Below, piece by piece: positions 18,983-25,905 of a stretch of DNA of 64,000 bases. Numbering within the stretch: the stretch's first letter is position 1; every line of letters starts with the position of its first letter. Made by a program: the position numbers and the translations under genes. The notes under the pieces are model-generated. The model made no database searches and had not been told where the DNA came from. It was given only the letters and a program-made list of their open reading frames with translations. The DNA comes from Caldisericia bacterium (GTDB lineage Bacteria; Caldisericota; Caldisericia; JAAYUI01). The stretch covers positions 30,292-94,291 of the forward strand of contig JAGNLA010000003.1 of assembly GCA_017999835.1 (NCBI GenBank), written 5' to 3'.

Positions 18983-19929
18983 GTTATAAAAGCTTGCCCG
19001 AAAGACTCCATCTGAGTCAATGCCTGACTTGCACGCGATTTGTCGAGTTCAGCGAAAAGATCATCGGCAAGAATTATTGGTTCAATGCCTGTCAACCTTG
19101 CTATTAACCTAGCCTGGGCAAGTTTGAGAGCCAGTGTCACCTTTCTGGCTTCGCCGGTTGAGGCGAACCTGTCAACCTGGTGACTTGAGAGGTTTAGCGA
19201 CCAGTCGTCTTTGTTTGGACCGATTACAGTCTGCTCGCGAGCTTTTTCCTTTGGAAAGACCTTCCTAAATTCATCTTTTGAAAGATCACCGCTAGAGGTA
19301 AAATTGAAAGCTATCCTTTCCTCTGCGAGGCTCATTCTCAGCTCCTGAACAACCTGCTCTCTTATTTCTCTGACCTGCGTGCCCAACTTTATGATGGAGT
19401 CGGTTAAAACCTCAAACATGTTCCTTCCACCAAACTCGTTCTTCAGCCAGGCGTTTCTTTCTGTCAAAGTTGAACGGTAATCAGAAATTGTGTTTGCCCA
19501 GCCAGAGTTTATCTGACTGGCTGTGTCGTCGAGAAATTCTCTTCGGGCAGAAGGCGCTCCTGTAGCAATCTGGGAAGTGGCTGGTGTGATGGCAACCATT
19601 TTCATGACTTCAACAAGTTCCTTGCCTGATCTGACCGATTTGCCATTCATCTGGACGGTTTTTCTCTCGTCCCAGCAAACGGTCGTTGATATGTTCTTTT
19701 CACCTTCAAGTTTTGCCGAAACGGCAAACGATGAACTGCCAAATGTCGGCACTTCGTAATCCTTTGAGTGAGTGATTGATTTTGCGCGCATGGCATAACC
19801 GATTGCCTCAAGCAAGGATGTTTTTCCTGTGGCGTTGTTGCCAAAAATTACAGTCACCCCAGTATCGAACTCGAAGTGTTTTGAACCCAGCAGCCTGAAG
19901 CTGGTTGTTTGAATTTCTTTTATCAGCAA
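18910..19929 (-). CDS. recF: DNA replication/repair protein RecF
   Basis: Walker A FGNNATGKTSLLEAIGY; ~340 aa SMC-like ATPase; immediately downstream of dnaN. Confidence 0.85.
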   Translation of the reverse strand: MLIKEIQTTSFRLLGSKHFEFDTGVTVIFGNNATGKTSLLEAIGYAMRAKSITHSKDYEVPTFGSSSFAVSAKLEGEKNISTTVCWDERKTVQMNGKSVRSGKELVEVMKMVAITPATSQIATGAPSARREFLDDTASQINSGWANTISDYRSTLTERNAWLKNEFGGRNMFEVLTDSIIKLGTQVREIREQVVQELRMSLAEERIAFNFTSSGDLSKDEFRKVFPKEKAREQTVIGPNKDDWSLNLSSHQVDRFASTGEARKVTLALKLAQARLIARLTGIEPIILADDLFAELDKSRASQALTQMESFGQAFITCAQMPPQGNYVLIESNSWADHRN

Positions 19930-21023
19930 CGCAGCGAAACGAGGATATATCTATAGGTATCGTCAGACTCAGCCTGGACGAGTACAGGGTGAAGCACGCC
20001 GTTGAGGTTGAGCTGGACTCTTGGACCATCAACACCCTTGATACCATCCATAAGTTTTCTGATGTCAAAGCTGAGTTCAAGCTCGCCGCCAACTGTCTCG
20101 ACAGCAAGTTTTTCCTCGACCTCGCCAAGTTCAGGGGCTATTCCTTTACAAACAAGCTCATTTTCCTTGATAGCGATGGTCACTTTTTTTGAGCCTTGTC
20201 TGACCAGGATGTTGACCCTTGAGAGGGAATCCATGAGAGATTTCTTGTCAGCGACAACCTTGAAGTCGAATTTTGGAGGGATGACCTGACGATATGGAGG
20301 ATAGTTGCCATCAATGAGTCTGCTTACGACGTCGACCTTGCCAAATCCAAACCCAAGCTGGGTTGGTGAGAAGGTTAACTCGACATCGCCGGTGTCTCCA
20401 CCGTCGATGAGTTTTGTAAGGTTTCTCCAGACTGTGCCAGCCACGATTGCGTCAACGTCCGGTGCGTTTGGTGATGGAATCTGACAGATTGCCAGTCTCA
20501 TGGTATCTGTTCCAACCAGGCTGAGTACTTGTTCCTTGATTGTGATTAAAGCACCGAGATACTCCCTTTTTTCTTCCATTCTTTCTGACAGTGCAGGGGT
20601 TACTTTGTCAACGATTGAAACGAGAAGGTCTCTGTCGACGGTAATCTTGTCACCCGAAGATACTGTCGGTATGCGTGGATAATCGGCACCGTCGATGCAG
20701 TTGAGTGTTGCTTTTGTGATGCCTGATTTGATAAGAAGCAGACCGTTACTTTCTGTGCTTATTTCAATTTGTTCTTCAGGGAGGCTGTTGAGAAGCTCGA
20801 CAAAAATTCTGGATGGAACTGTCGTTTCACCAGCCTCAGAGACGTTTGCCTCAACCTTGTGTGCTACCCAGGTTTCCATGTCGGAACCAGTGAGTTTTAC
20901 GCCGGTTGAACCGGCCTCGATGAGGATGTTTCCAAGAAGTTGTATGGATGGGTTTTTGGGTACCACTGTTGAAACAGCTGTGGTTGCCTCGACAAGTTCA
21001 GTTTTATTTGCCTCAAACTTCAT
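19923..21023 (-). CDS. dnaN: DNA polymerase III beta subunit (sliding clamp)
   Basis: MKFEANKTELVEATTAVSTVVPKNPSIQLLGNILIEA... with three-domain clamp architecture, ~366 aa from ATG 21023 (GGAGGTG SD). The ORF track's upstream start at 21083 is probably spurious. Confidence 0.85.
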   Translation of the reverse strand: MKFEANKTELVEATTAVSTVVPKNPSIQLLGNILIEAGSTGVKLTGSDMETWVAHKVEANVSEAGETTVPSRIFVELLNSLPEEQIEISTESNGLLLIKSGITKATLNCIDGADYPRIPTVSSGDKITVDRDLLVSIVDKVTPALSERMEEKREYLGALITIKEQVLSLVGTDTMRLAICQIPSPNAPDVDAIVAGTVWRNLTKLIDGGDTGDVELTFSPTQLGFGFGKVDVVSRLIDGNYPPYRQVIPPKFDFKVVADKKSLMDSLSRVNILVRQGSKKVTIAIKENELVCKGIAPELGEVEEKLAVETVGGELELSFDIRKLMDGIKGVDGPRVQLNLNGVLHPVLVQAESDDTYRYILVSLRC

Positions 21024-21181
21024 TATGCACCTCCATAAAACCGTATTATATCGAAATCGAGCATAAGGCTCAAGTCTTAACAAATAGTTGTTCTCTATCT
21101 CCCAAAATTTACTTACTCTTAACTGCTCATCCTTGCGGTAATCACATAAAAATCTAGAATTGGCTCAAAAGGTAGGTTAGC

Positions 21182-21589
21182 ATGAAGAAGAACATTATAT
21201 TTGGCGTAATTCTTTCACTGGTAGTCGTAGCAGTTATTGTTACACTCGTTGTATTCTATACCAACAAGGGAAATTCTCTTGCCAATGCCGTAAATAGCGG
21301 CTCCTGCACTGGCGATCCTCAGTCATGCTCCCAGGAACAGTTGGCAGGTTGTGGATCTTCTGCATCGGGTTGTGCATCGTCTTGCAGTGGTGAATCGAAT
21401 CCGTACTTCGATCCAAATGTTGACTATAGCGCGATTGAAAGAGAAGCTGTTGAGTTCTATTCCTCAAAAACAGGTGACAATTCAGTTTCAGCCAAGGCTT
21501 TTGGAATAGACAAAATCAACGTTGTTATCACCAAGGACGACAAGATTGTCGAAAGATATGTTTACGAAAATGGTAATTTCGTAAAATAA
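21182..21589 (+). CDS. small membrane-anchored protein with a Cys/Ser-rich linker and a PepSY-like C-terminal domain
   Basis: N-terminal TM IIFGVILSLVVVAVIVTLVVFY; linker GSCTGDPQSCSQEQLAGCGSSASGCASSCSG; C-terminus IEREAVEFY...KAFGIDKINVVITKDDKIVERYVYENG resembles the PepSY pattern. Confidence 0.45.
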   Translation: MKKNIIFGVILSLVVVAVIVTLVVFYTNKGNSLANAVNSGSCTGDPQSCSQEQLAGCGSSASGCASSCSGESNPYFDPNVDYSAIEREAVEFYSSKTGDNSVSAKAFGIDKINVVITKDDKIVERYVYENGNFVK

Positions 21590-21598
21590 GGAAAACGC

Positions 21599-22003
21599 GT
21601 GAAGAAAAAGATATTAGGAACCACAGTCAAATTTGTTATAGGAATAATTCTTGTAGGCGGGTTCACATTCACGTTGTATAGTTTAGGATGGCTCAATTTG
21701 TCATCACCAAAGGAAACCTATGGCTCGATAGGCAGTTCAGATGTGCAAACTGTCACCATGGCGCAGATCCGCGAAGGGTTGGACACCAGTGATCAGATTG
21801 TCATGCTTGAGGGCAGGATTGTCAGTGAATGCCCACAAGGTACCTGGTTCAGTCTTCAATGCGACAATTGCGAAATCCAGGTGAAGCTTGACAATGCGAG
21901 CATTGTTCTGCCTATACGGTTAAACAGGCAGGCGAAGGTTTACGGAGTCATCCGCAGAGTTGGCAAGGGCTTCTACCTGGAAGGCTATCAGATAGAGTTC
22001 TAA
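21599..22003 (+). CDS. small membrane-anchored OB-fold-like protein (BOF/YgiW-like), paralog of 45839..46246
   Basis: GTG start with an AAGGAA SD. TM helix FVIGIILVGGFTFTLY. C-terminal QIVMLEGRIVSECPQGTWFSLQCDNCEIQVKLD...KVYGVIRRV...YLEGYQIE shares the CPxGxWF...YG...IE pattern with ORF 45839. Confidence 0.5.
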   Translation: MKKKILGTTVKFVIGIILVGGFTFTLYSLGWLNLSSPKETYGSIGSSDVQTVTMAQIREGLDTSDQIVMLEGRIVSECPQGTWFSLQCDNCEIQVKLDNASIVLPIRLNRQAKVYGVIRRVGKGFYLEGYQIEF

Positions 22004-22006
22004 CCA

Positions 22007-23491
22007 ATGAATCCGAGCAAGATAGTTCTACTCGCCGCTATGGCAGTGATATTTGTTTGTCAAAGTGGCGTTAACACAACCCAGCAGAGTTTTTCACTTG
22101 GAATTGACAAATATAACGATCTTTATATGGTGAACAGCGCAACCGGTATAGTACACCATTATGATTCGCAAACCGGAATTTACCTTGGCAAGTTTATCGA
22201 TGCCAAGGAGATCGGTGCAAAAACGCTCACGGATATCAGTGTTTGTTCCTGTGGTGGCGCAATTGCGTTATTGGATGTCCAAGGCAACACAATCCACGTT
22301 GTTGATTTCGAAGGATCGTTTTTGTGGAAAAAAGACAACACCGAACTAGGATTGAACTTCAAAGATGCCGTTGGGATTGGAATCTGTCAGGATAGCAATT
22401 ATGAGCATGTTATTCTGACAACAAAATCCGGAGAAGTGTTTCACATCTCCCCGCCAAACGAATTGAACAAGGTTTTCCCGACAACATTTTCTGCTCCTAA
22501 TGGGGCATACATGGATTACAACAAACAGGTTTTCATTGCGGAAACAGGCGCAAAAAGGGTTGTGAAAACGGATCAGTGGGGAAACATTCTTGGCCAGTTC
22601 GGATCAGACATGTTTTCCGCACCGGTTGATGTTGCAACCTCAGAAGACAGGGAGAGAAAAATCTGGGTCTGCGATCAAGGAAATGCAATGCTCCACGTTT
22701 TTTCTAAAGACCTCAGGCATCTGTTTGATTGTGGTAAAGGATATCTGACAAACCCAATTTCTGTCATCACTGATTATGTCGATGCCGGAGCCTATGTGGC
22801 TGAAATTGTTGATGGGCAACCTGTCATTCACAAGTTTGATTCAAACGGGGGGTTTCTCTTTACAATAAAAGAGGCGAACAATCTTCCCGTTCAGACACTT
22901 CTTTCGGCAAAAGCCGATTCCTATGTGTTGCAAAACAGGAATAATCGTGCCTTGAACAGACGTTTGGTCAATCAACCCAAGCTTGTTGATGGCGTGATGT
23001 ATATTGAGGCAAGACCAATCCTGGAATCGATGGGGTTTAATGTCGTCTGGGATGACAGCACAAGATCAGCAACGTTTTCTAAAGATACTTTTAAAATAAC
23101 CATTCCTATCAAGGGTAGGGTGGTGCTTGACGGCAAGACCATTGGCATAGCCAACCCCGTTGTTGTTTCAAAATCAAAGATGCTTCTTCCGGTTGATTTC
23201 TTTGGTGCTTATTTCGACATGACCGTTAACGTTTCAGGGCAAACAATATTTCTGGTCAGTCCAAAACTAAAAAGCTGGCAGACGATACCTCAGCCTGATA
23301 TGGGCAAAAACCTTTTTGAAACCAAGTGTTCAAAATGTCACCAGGAACCGGTGCCAGACCTCAAATATAGATCAGAGTGGTCGCCAATCGTACAGAGGAT
23401 GATGACAAAGGAGCCTGGTTGGATTGACGATAAAGAAGGGGAGCTGATATCAAGGTATCTTTGGGGTCAAGCTAAACCCGATCGTCCGTGA
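22007..23491 (+). CDS. secreted multidomain protein: NHL-like repeats + Cu_amine_oxidN1-like domain + C-terminal mono-haem cytochrome c-like module (CxxCH)
   Basis: Signal peptide MNPSKIVLLAAMAVIFVCQSG. NHL-like blades (YMVNSATGIVHHY, IHVVDFEG, FIAETGAKRVVKTDQWGNILGQFG, IWVCDQGNAMLHVF). Cu_amine_oxidN1-like VDGVMYIEARPILESMGFNVVWDDSTRSATFSK...KMLLPVDFFGAYFDMTV. Haem motif ETKCSKCHQEP. Confidence 0.7.
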   Translation: MNPSKIVLLAAMAVIFVCQSGVNTTQQSFSLGIDKYNDLYMVNSATGIVHHYDSQTGIYLGKFIDAKEIGAKTLTDISVCSCGGAIALLDVQGNTIHVVDFEGSFLWKKDNTELGLNFKDAVGIGICQDSNYEHVILTTKSGEVFHISPPNELNKVFPTTFSAPNGAYMDYNKQVFIAETGAKRVVKTDQWGNILGQFGSDMFSAPVDVATSEDRERKIWVCDQGNAMLHVFSKDLRHLFDCGKGYLTNPISVITDYVDAGAYVAEIVDGQPVIHKFDSNGGFLFTIKEANNLPVQTLLSAKADSYVLQNRNNRALNRRLVNQPKLVDGVMYIEARPILESMGFNVVWDDSTRSATFSKDTFKITIPIKGRVVLDGKTIGIANPVVVSKSKMLLPVDFFGAYFDMTVNVSGQTIFLVSPKLKSWQTIPQPDMGKNLFETKCSKCHQEPVPDLKYRSEWSPIVQRMMTKEPGWIDDKEGELISRYLWGQAKPDRP

Positions 23492-23773
23492 TCAGGAAAA
23501 TCGCCAATCCATCTTCCAAGGATAACTCAGCATATCATTGCGGAGAAATTTTTTTTGTAAGAATCAAGAATGAATTAGCAATGTGCGCAACAAGTACATA
23601 TCTTGTGACCCTGAACGTATCTTTAAAAAATCGAATGATTTACGAAAATCTATATGATTTGCCACAATTGCTTCGATCATCCTCAACGTTTAACCAAAAA
23701 ACAAAATACCTCTTATGGACTTTTCACTTGTTGGGCGTATTTTTATTTTTATGCTTATAGGAGGTGTTGCTGA

Positions 23774-24535
23774 ATGAAGAGAATAACAACGCTGCTTGTT
23801 GCTCTTGTCATACTCACTGGGCTTGTTGGATTGGTTTTTGCTCAACAAGCTTATCATGACTCTTTTTTTGTTACCTACGTAGAGGCAAAAAAGACGAAAC
23901 TTGTAAAAGATTGCAGACCATGCCATTTCAATATTGATGGCTCAGGTGAAAGAAACGCCTATGGAGTCATGTACGAAAACAATGGTGAAATTGATGACGA
24001 TTTCGAAGGCATTGAAAAAGAAGATGCCGATGGCGACGGATACACCAATATTGAAGAAATATCAAAGGGTTACTGGCCAGGCGTTTTCACTGATCACCCA
24101 GGTTCAAAAAAATACAGCAAGTGTGTTACATTTATTGGCACACAAGATAGCTTTCAAAAGAAACCTGTCGTATATTGTATTGTCAATGGCACAAAATTTG
24201 ACATGACAAAACAAGGTGGAGCTTGCTACATTAAAGGTGGAAAGATGATGGCACCGCTTCGCGTTGGTATCGAACAGCTTGGCGGAACAGTAAAATATGA
24301 TGCAAAAGAGAAAAGAATCGATATCTACAAAGGATCAGCTTTGGTTGGCAAGATGTGGATCGGCAAGAGATATGGTCAGATTCCGCCAGGAAAACAATAC
24401 GATTTGATCACTGCACCAGAAATTAAAGCAGGAACTTCCTCAACATTTGTACCAGTTAAGGCTGTTGGTGTGGCTCTTAACGCAGATTTTGCCTGGGTGA
24501 ACAGGGGAAAGCTTGCAAACTTTAGATTTAAATAG
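23774..24535 (+). CDS. secreted mono-haem c-type cytochrome-like protein (CxxCH) with an EF-hand-like Ca loop and a C-terminal Cu_amine_oxidN1-like domain
   Basis: Signal peptide MKRITTLLVALVILTGLVGLVFA. Haem motif KDCRPCHFN. Ca-loop DADGDGYTNIEEI. Cu_amine_oxidN1-like VVYCIVNGTKFDMTKQGGACYIKGGKMMAPLRVGIEQLGGTVKYDAKEKRIDIYKG...FVPVKAVGVALNADFAW. Confidence 0.7.
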   Translation: MKRITTLLVALVILTGLVGLVFAQQAYHDSFFVTYVEAKKTKLVKDCRPCHFNIDGSGERNAYGVMYENNGEIDDDFEGIEKEDADGDGYTNIEEISKGYWPGVFTDHPGSKKYSKCVTFIGTQDSFQKKPVVYCIVNGTKFDMTKQGGACYIKGGKMMAPLRVGIEQLGGTVKYDAKEKRIDIYKGSALVGKMWIGKRYGQIPPGKQYDLITAPEIKAGTSSTFVPVKAVGVALNADFAWVNRGKLANFRFK

Positions 24536-24541
24536 TATAAT
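24513..24541 (+). promoter_or_regulatory. near-consensus sigma70 promoter (TTGCAA-17-TATAAT) for the first csp gene; it overlaps the stop codon of the upstream gene
   Basis: ttgcaa actttagatttaaatag tataat, 55 nt upstream of the GTG start at 24596. Confidence 0.45.
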
Positions 24542-24595
24542 ACCAAACATAAAAGTTAAAGCCGCATTTTTGTATGGGCGAAAGGAATTTCAAAA

Positions 24596-24799
24596 GTGCC
24601 AGAAGGTACAGTAAAGTGGTATGATGCAAAAAAAGGTTATGGTTTCATAACAAGAACCGACACCAACGAAGATGTTTTTGTTCACTGGAGCGGAATCCAG
24701 AAAGACGGATTCAAATCCCTTGAGCCCAACCAAAAAGTCACGTTCGATATCATTACAAGCGATCGTGGCGCCAAGGCAGAGAACGTAAAGCCAGCTTGA
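24596..24799 (+). CDS. csp: cold-shock protein (CspA family), copy 1 of 3 tandem genes
   Basis: 67 aa MPEGTVKWYDAKKGYGFITRTD...DVFVHWS with RNP1 (KGYGFI) and RNP2 (VFVHW) motifs. GTG start with an AAGGAA SD. Confidence 0.9.
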   Translation: MPEGTVKWYDAKKGYGFITRTDTNEDVFVHWSGIQKDGFKSLEPNQKVTFDIITSDRGAKAENVKPA

Positions 24800-24870
24800 T
24801 GCGCAAGTTCTGGAAGTAGTAATTACCTTGCGTTTTGGTTTTGTTCATTTTTTATTTTGGGAAACAACAA

Positions 24871-24910
24871 ACCCCTTTAACAATTTATATTGTCTAAAGG
24901 GGTTTTTGTT
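24871..24910 (+). terminator. Rho-independent terminator after csp copy 1
   Basis: aaaCCCCTTTAacaatttatattgtcTAAAGGGGttttt: an 8-bp stem plus T-tract. Confidence 0.5.
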
Positions 24911-24937
24911 TTAGTATAGAGAAGGAGTATCAATAGT

Positions 24938-25141
24938 ATGCCAGAAGGAACAGTAAAGTGGTATGACCAGAAAAAGGGTTATGGTTTCATAACCAGAGTT
25001 GACACCGGTGAAGATGTCTTTGTACACTACACCGCCATCAACAAAGACGGTTACAAGACTCTGGACAATGGCCAGAAGGTGATGTTTGACGTAGAGAATG
25101 GCCCAAAGGGTCTCAAGGCAGCAAACGTAAAACCAGTTTGA
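24938..25141 (+). CDS. csp: cold-shock protein (CspA family), copy 2
   Basis: 67 aa MPEGTVKWYDQKKGYGFITRVDTGEDVFVHYTAINKDGYKTLDNGQKV...; AGGAG SD. Confidence 0.9.
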   Translation: MPEGTVKWYDQKKGYGFITRVDTGEDVFVHYTAINKDGYKTLDNGQKVMFDVENGPKGLKAANVKPV

Positions 25142-25261
25142 TCTATTAGGTTCGAGCATTTTTTGTACCAAAAAGATTGCTCCAGTATTTGAAAGACAGA
25201 AACTCCCGAGGTTAAACTGAAGGGGTTTGTTTACGCAAAAAACAGAAAGTGAGAAAGCATT

Positions 25262-25465
25262 ATGCCAGAAGGCACAGTAAAGTGGTATGACCAGAAAAAA
25301 GGTTACGGTTTCGTAACAGTTACAGAAACAGGCGAAGACGCCCTTGTCCATTACACCGCCATCAACAAAGACGGTTACAAGACTCTTGACAACGGTCAGA
25401 GAGTTTCATTTGAAATCGAAAAAAGCCCAAAGGGTCTCAAAGCAATAAACGTAACACCGCTTTGA
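25262..25465 (+). CDS. csp: cold-shock protein (CspA family), copy 3
   Basis: 67 aa MPEGTVKWYDQKKGYGFVTVTETGEDALVHYTAINKDGYKTLDNGQRV... Confidence 0.9.
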   Translation: MPEGTVKWYDQKKGYGFVTVTETGEDALVHYTAINKDGYKTLDNGQRVSFEIEKSPKGLKAINVTPL

Positions 25466-25467
25466 TC

Positions 25468-25902
25468 TTATTTGCCGTCTTTTAAACGGCATTTTCCGCA
25501 GAGGCCGTAGATTTCAATACTGATGTCTTCGGCCTCAAAATCTTTTTCAAGCAAGTTTTTTATCAGATCATTTTTAAACCTGTTTTCAATTTTGAGAATA
25601 TCTTCATCTATTCCGCCGCAATTTCGGCAAATAACGTGGACTTCAAAAGGTTTTCTTATTCCAAAATGAGCATGTTGCTGGCTAAAATTGCTTTTATGAA
25701 CCACTCTCTGCTCAAATAACATTTCAAGAATTCTATAAATGGTTGCTATGTCAATGTTTAGCCCATCTTTTTTTAGTTCTTCCTGGATTTCCCTGGCTTC
25801 CAGATTTTCGTCGCAGTGTTCGGTTAAAAGTTTTAAAACAGCTTTACGGGGTTTGGTGATTCTGTATCCCTGCCGTTTGAGGTTTTCAATTATTTTTTCC
25901 AT
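25468..25902 (-). CDS. Fur-family metalloregulator (Fur/Zur/PerR-like)
   Basis: 144 aa. N-terminal winged helix (RITKPRKAVLKLL). HHxH-like HFGIRKPFEVHVICRNCGG. Two CxxC pairs (CRNCG...CGKC). Begins 3 nt after the stop of the subtilase gene, so probably co-transcribed with it. Confidence 0.8.
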   Translation of the reverse strand: MEKIIENLKRQGYRITKPRKAVLKLLTEHCDENLEAREIQEELKKDGLNIDIATIYRILEMLFEQRVVHKSNFSQQHAHFGIRKPFEVHVICRNCGGIDEDILKIENRFKNDLIKNLLEKDFEAEDISIEIYGLCGKCRLKDGK

Positions 25903-25905
25903 GTT

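Noticed and set aside
21024-21181. Replication origin (oriC) upstream of dnaN
   Set aside because: No clustered DnaA boxes (TTATCCACA/TGTGGATAA or close variants) and no AT-rich DUE-like tract are visible. dnaA is absent. This is more likely a simple promoter region for the dnaN operon.
25466-25500. Hairpin GCCGTcttttaaaACGGC right after csp copy 3 as a terminator
   Set aside because: It lies inside the 3' end of the convergent Fur-family coding sequence (encoding ...RLKDGK) and lacks a clean T-tract. It could still attenuate csp readthrough, but it is not callable as a discrete feature.
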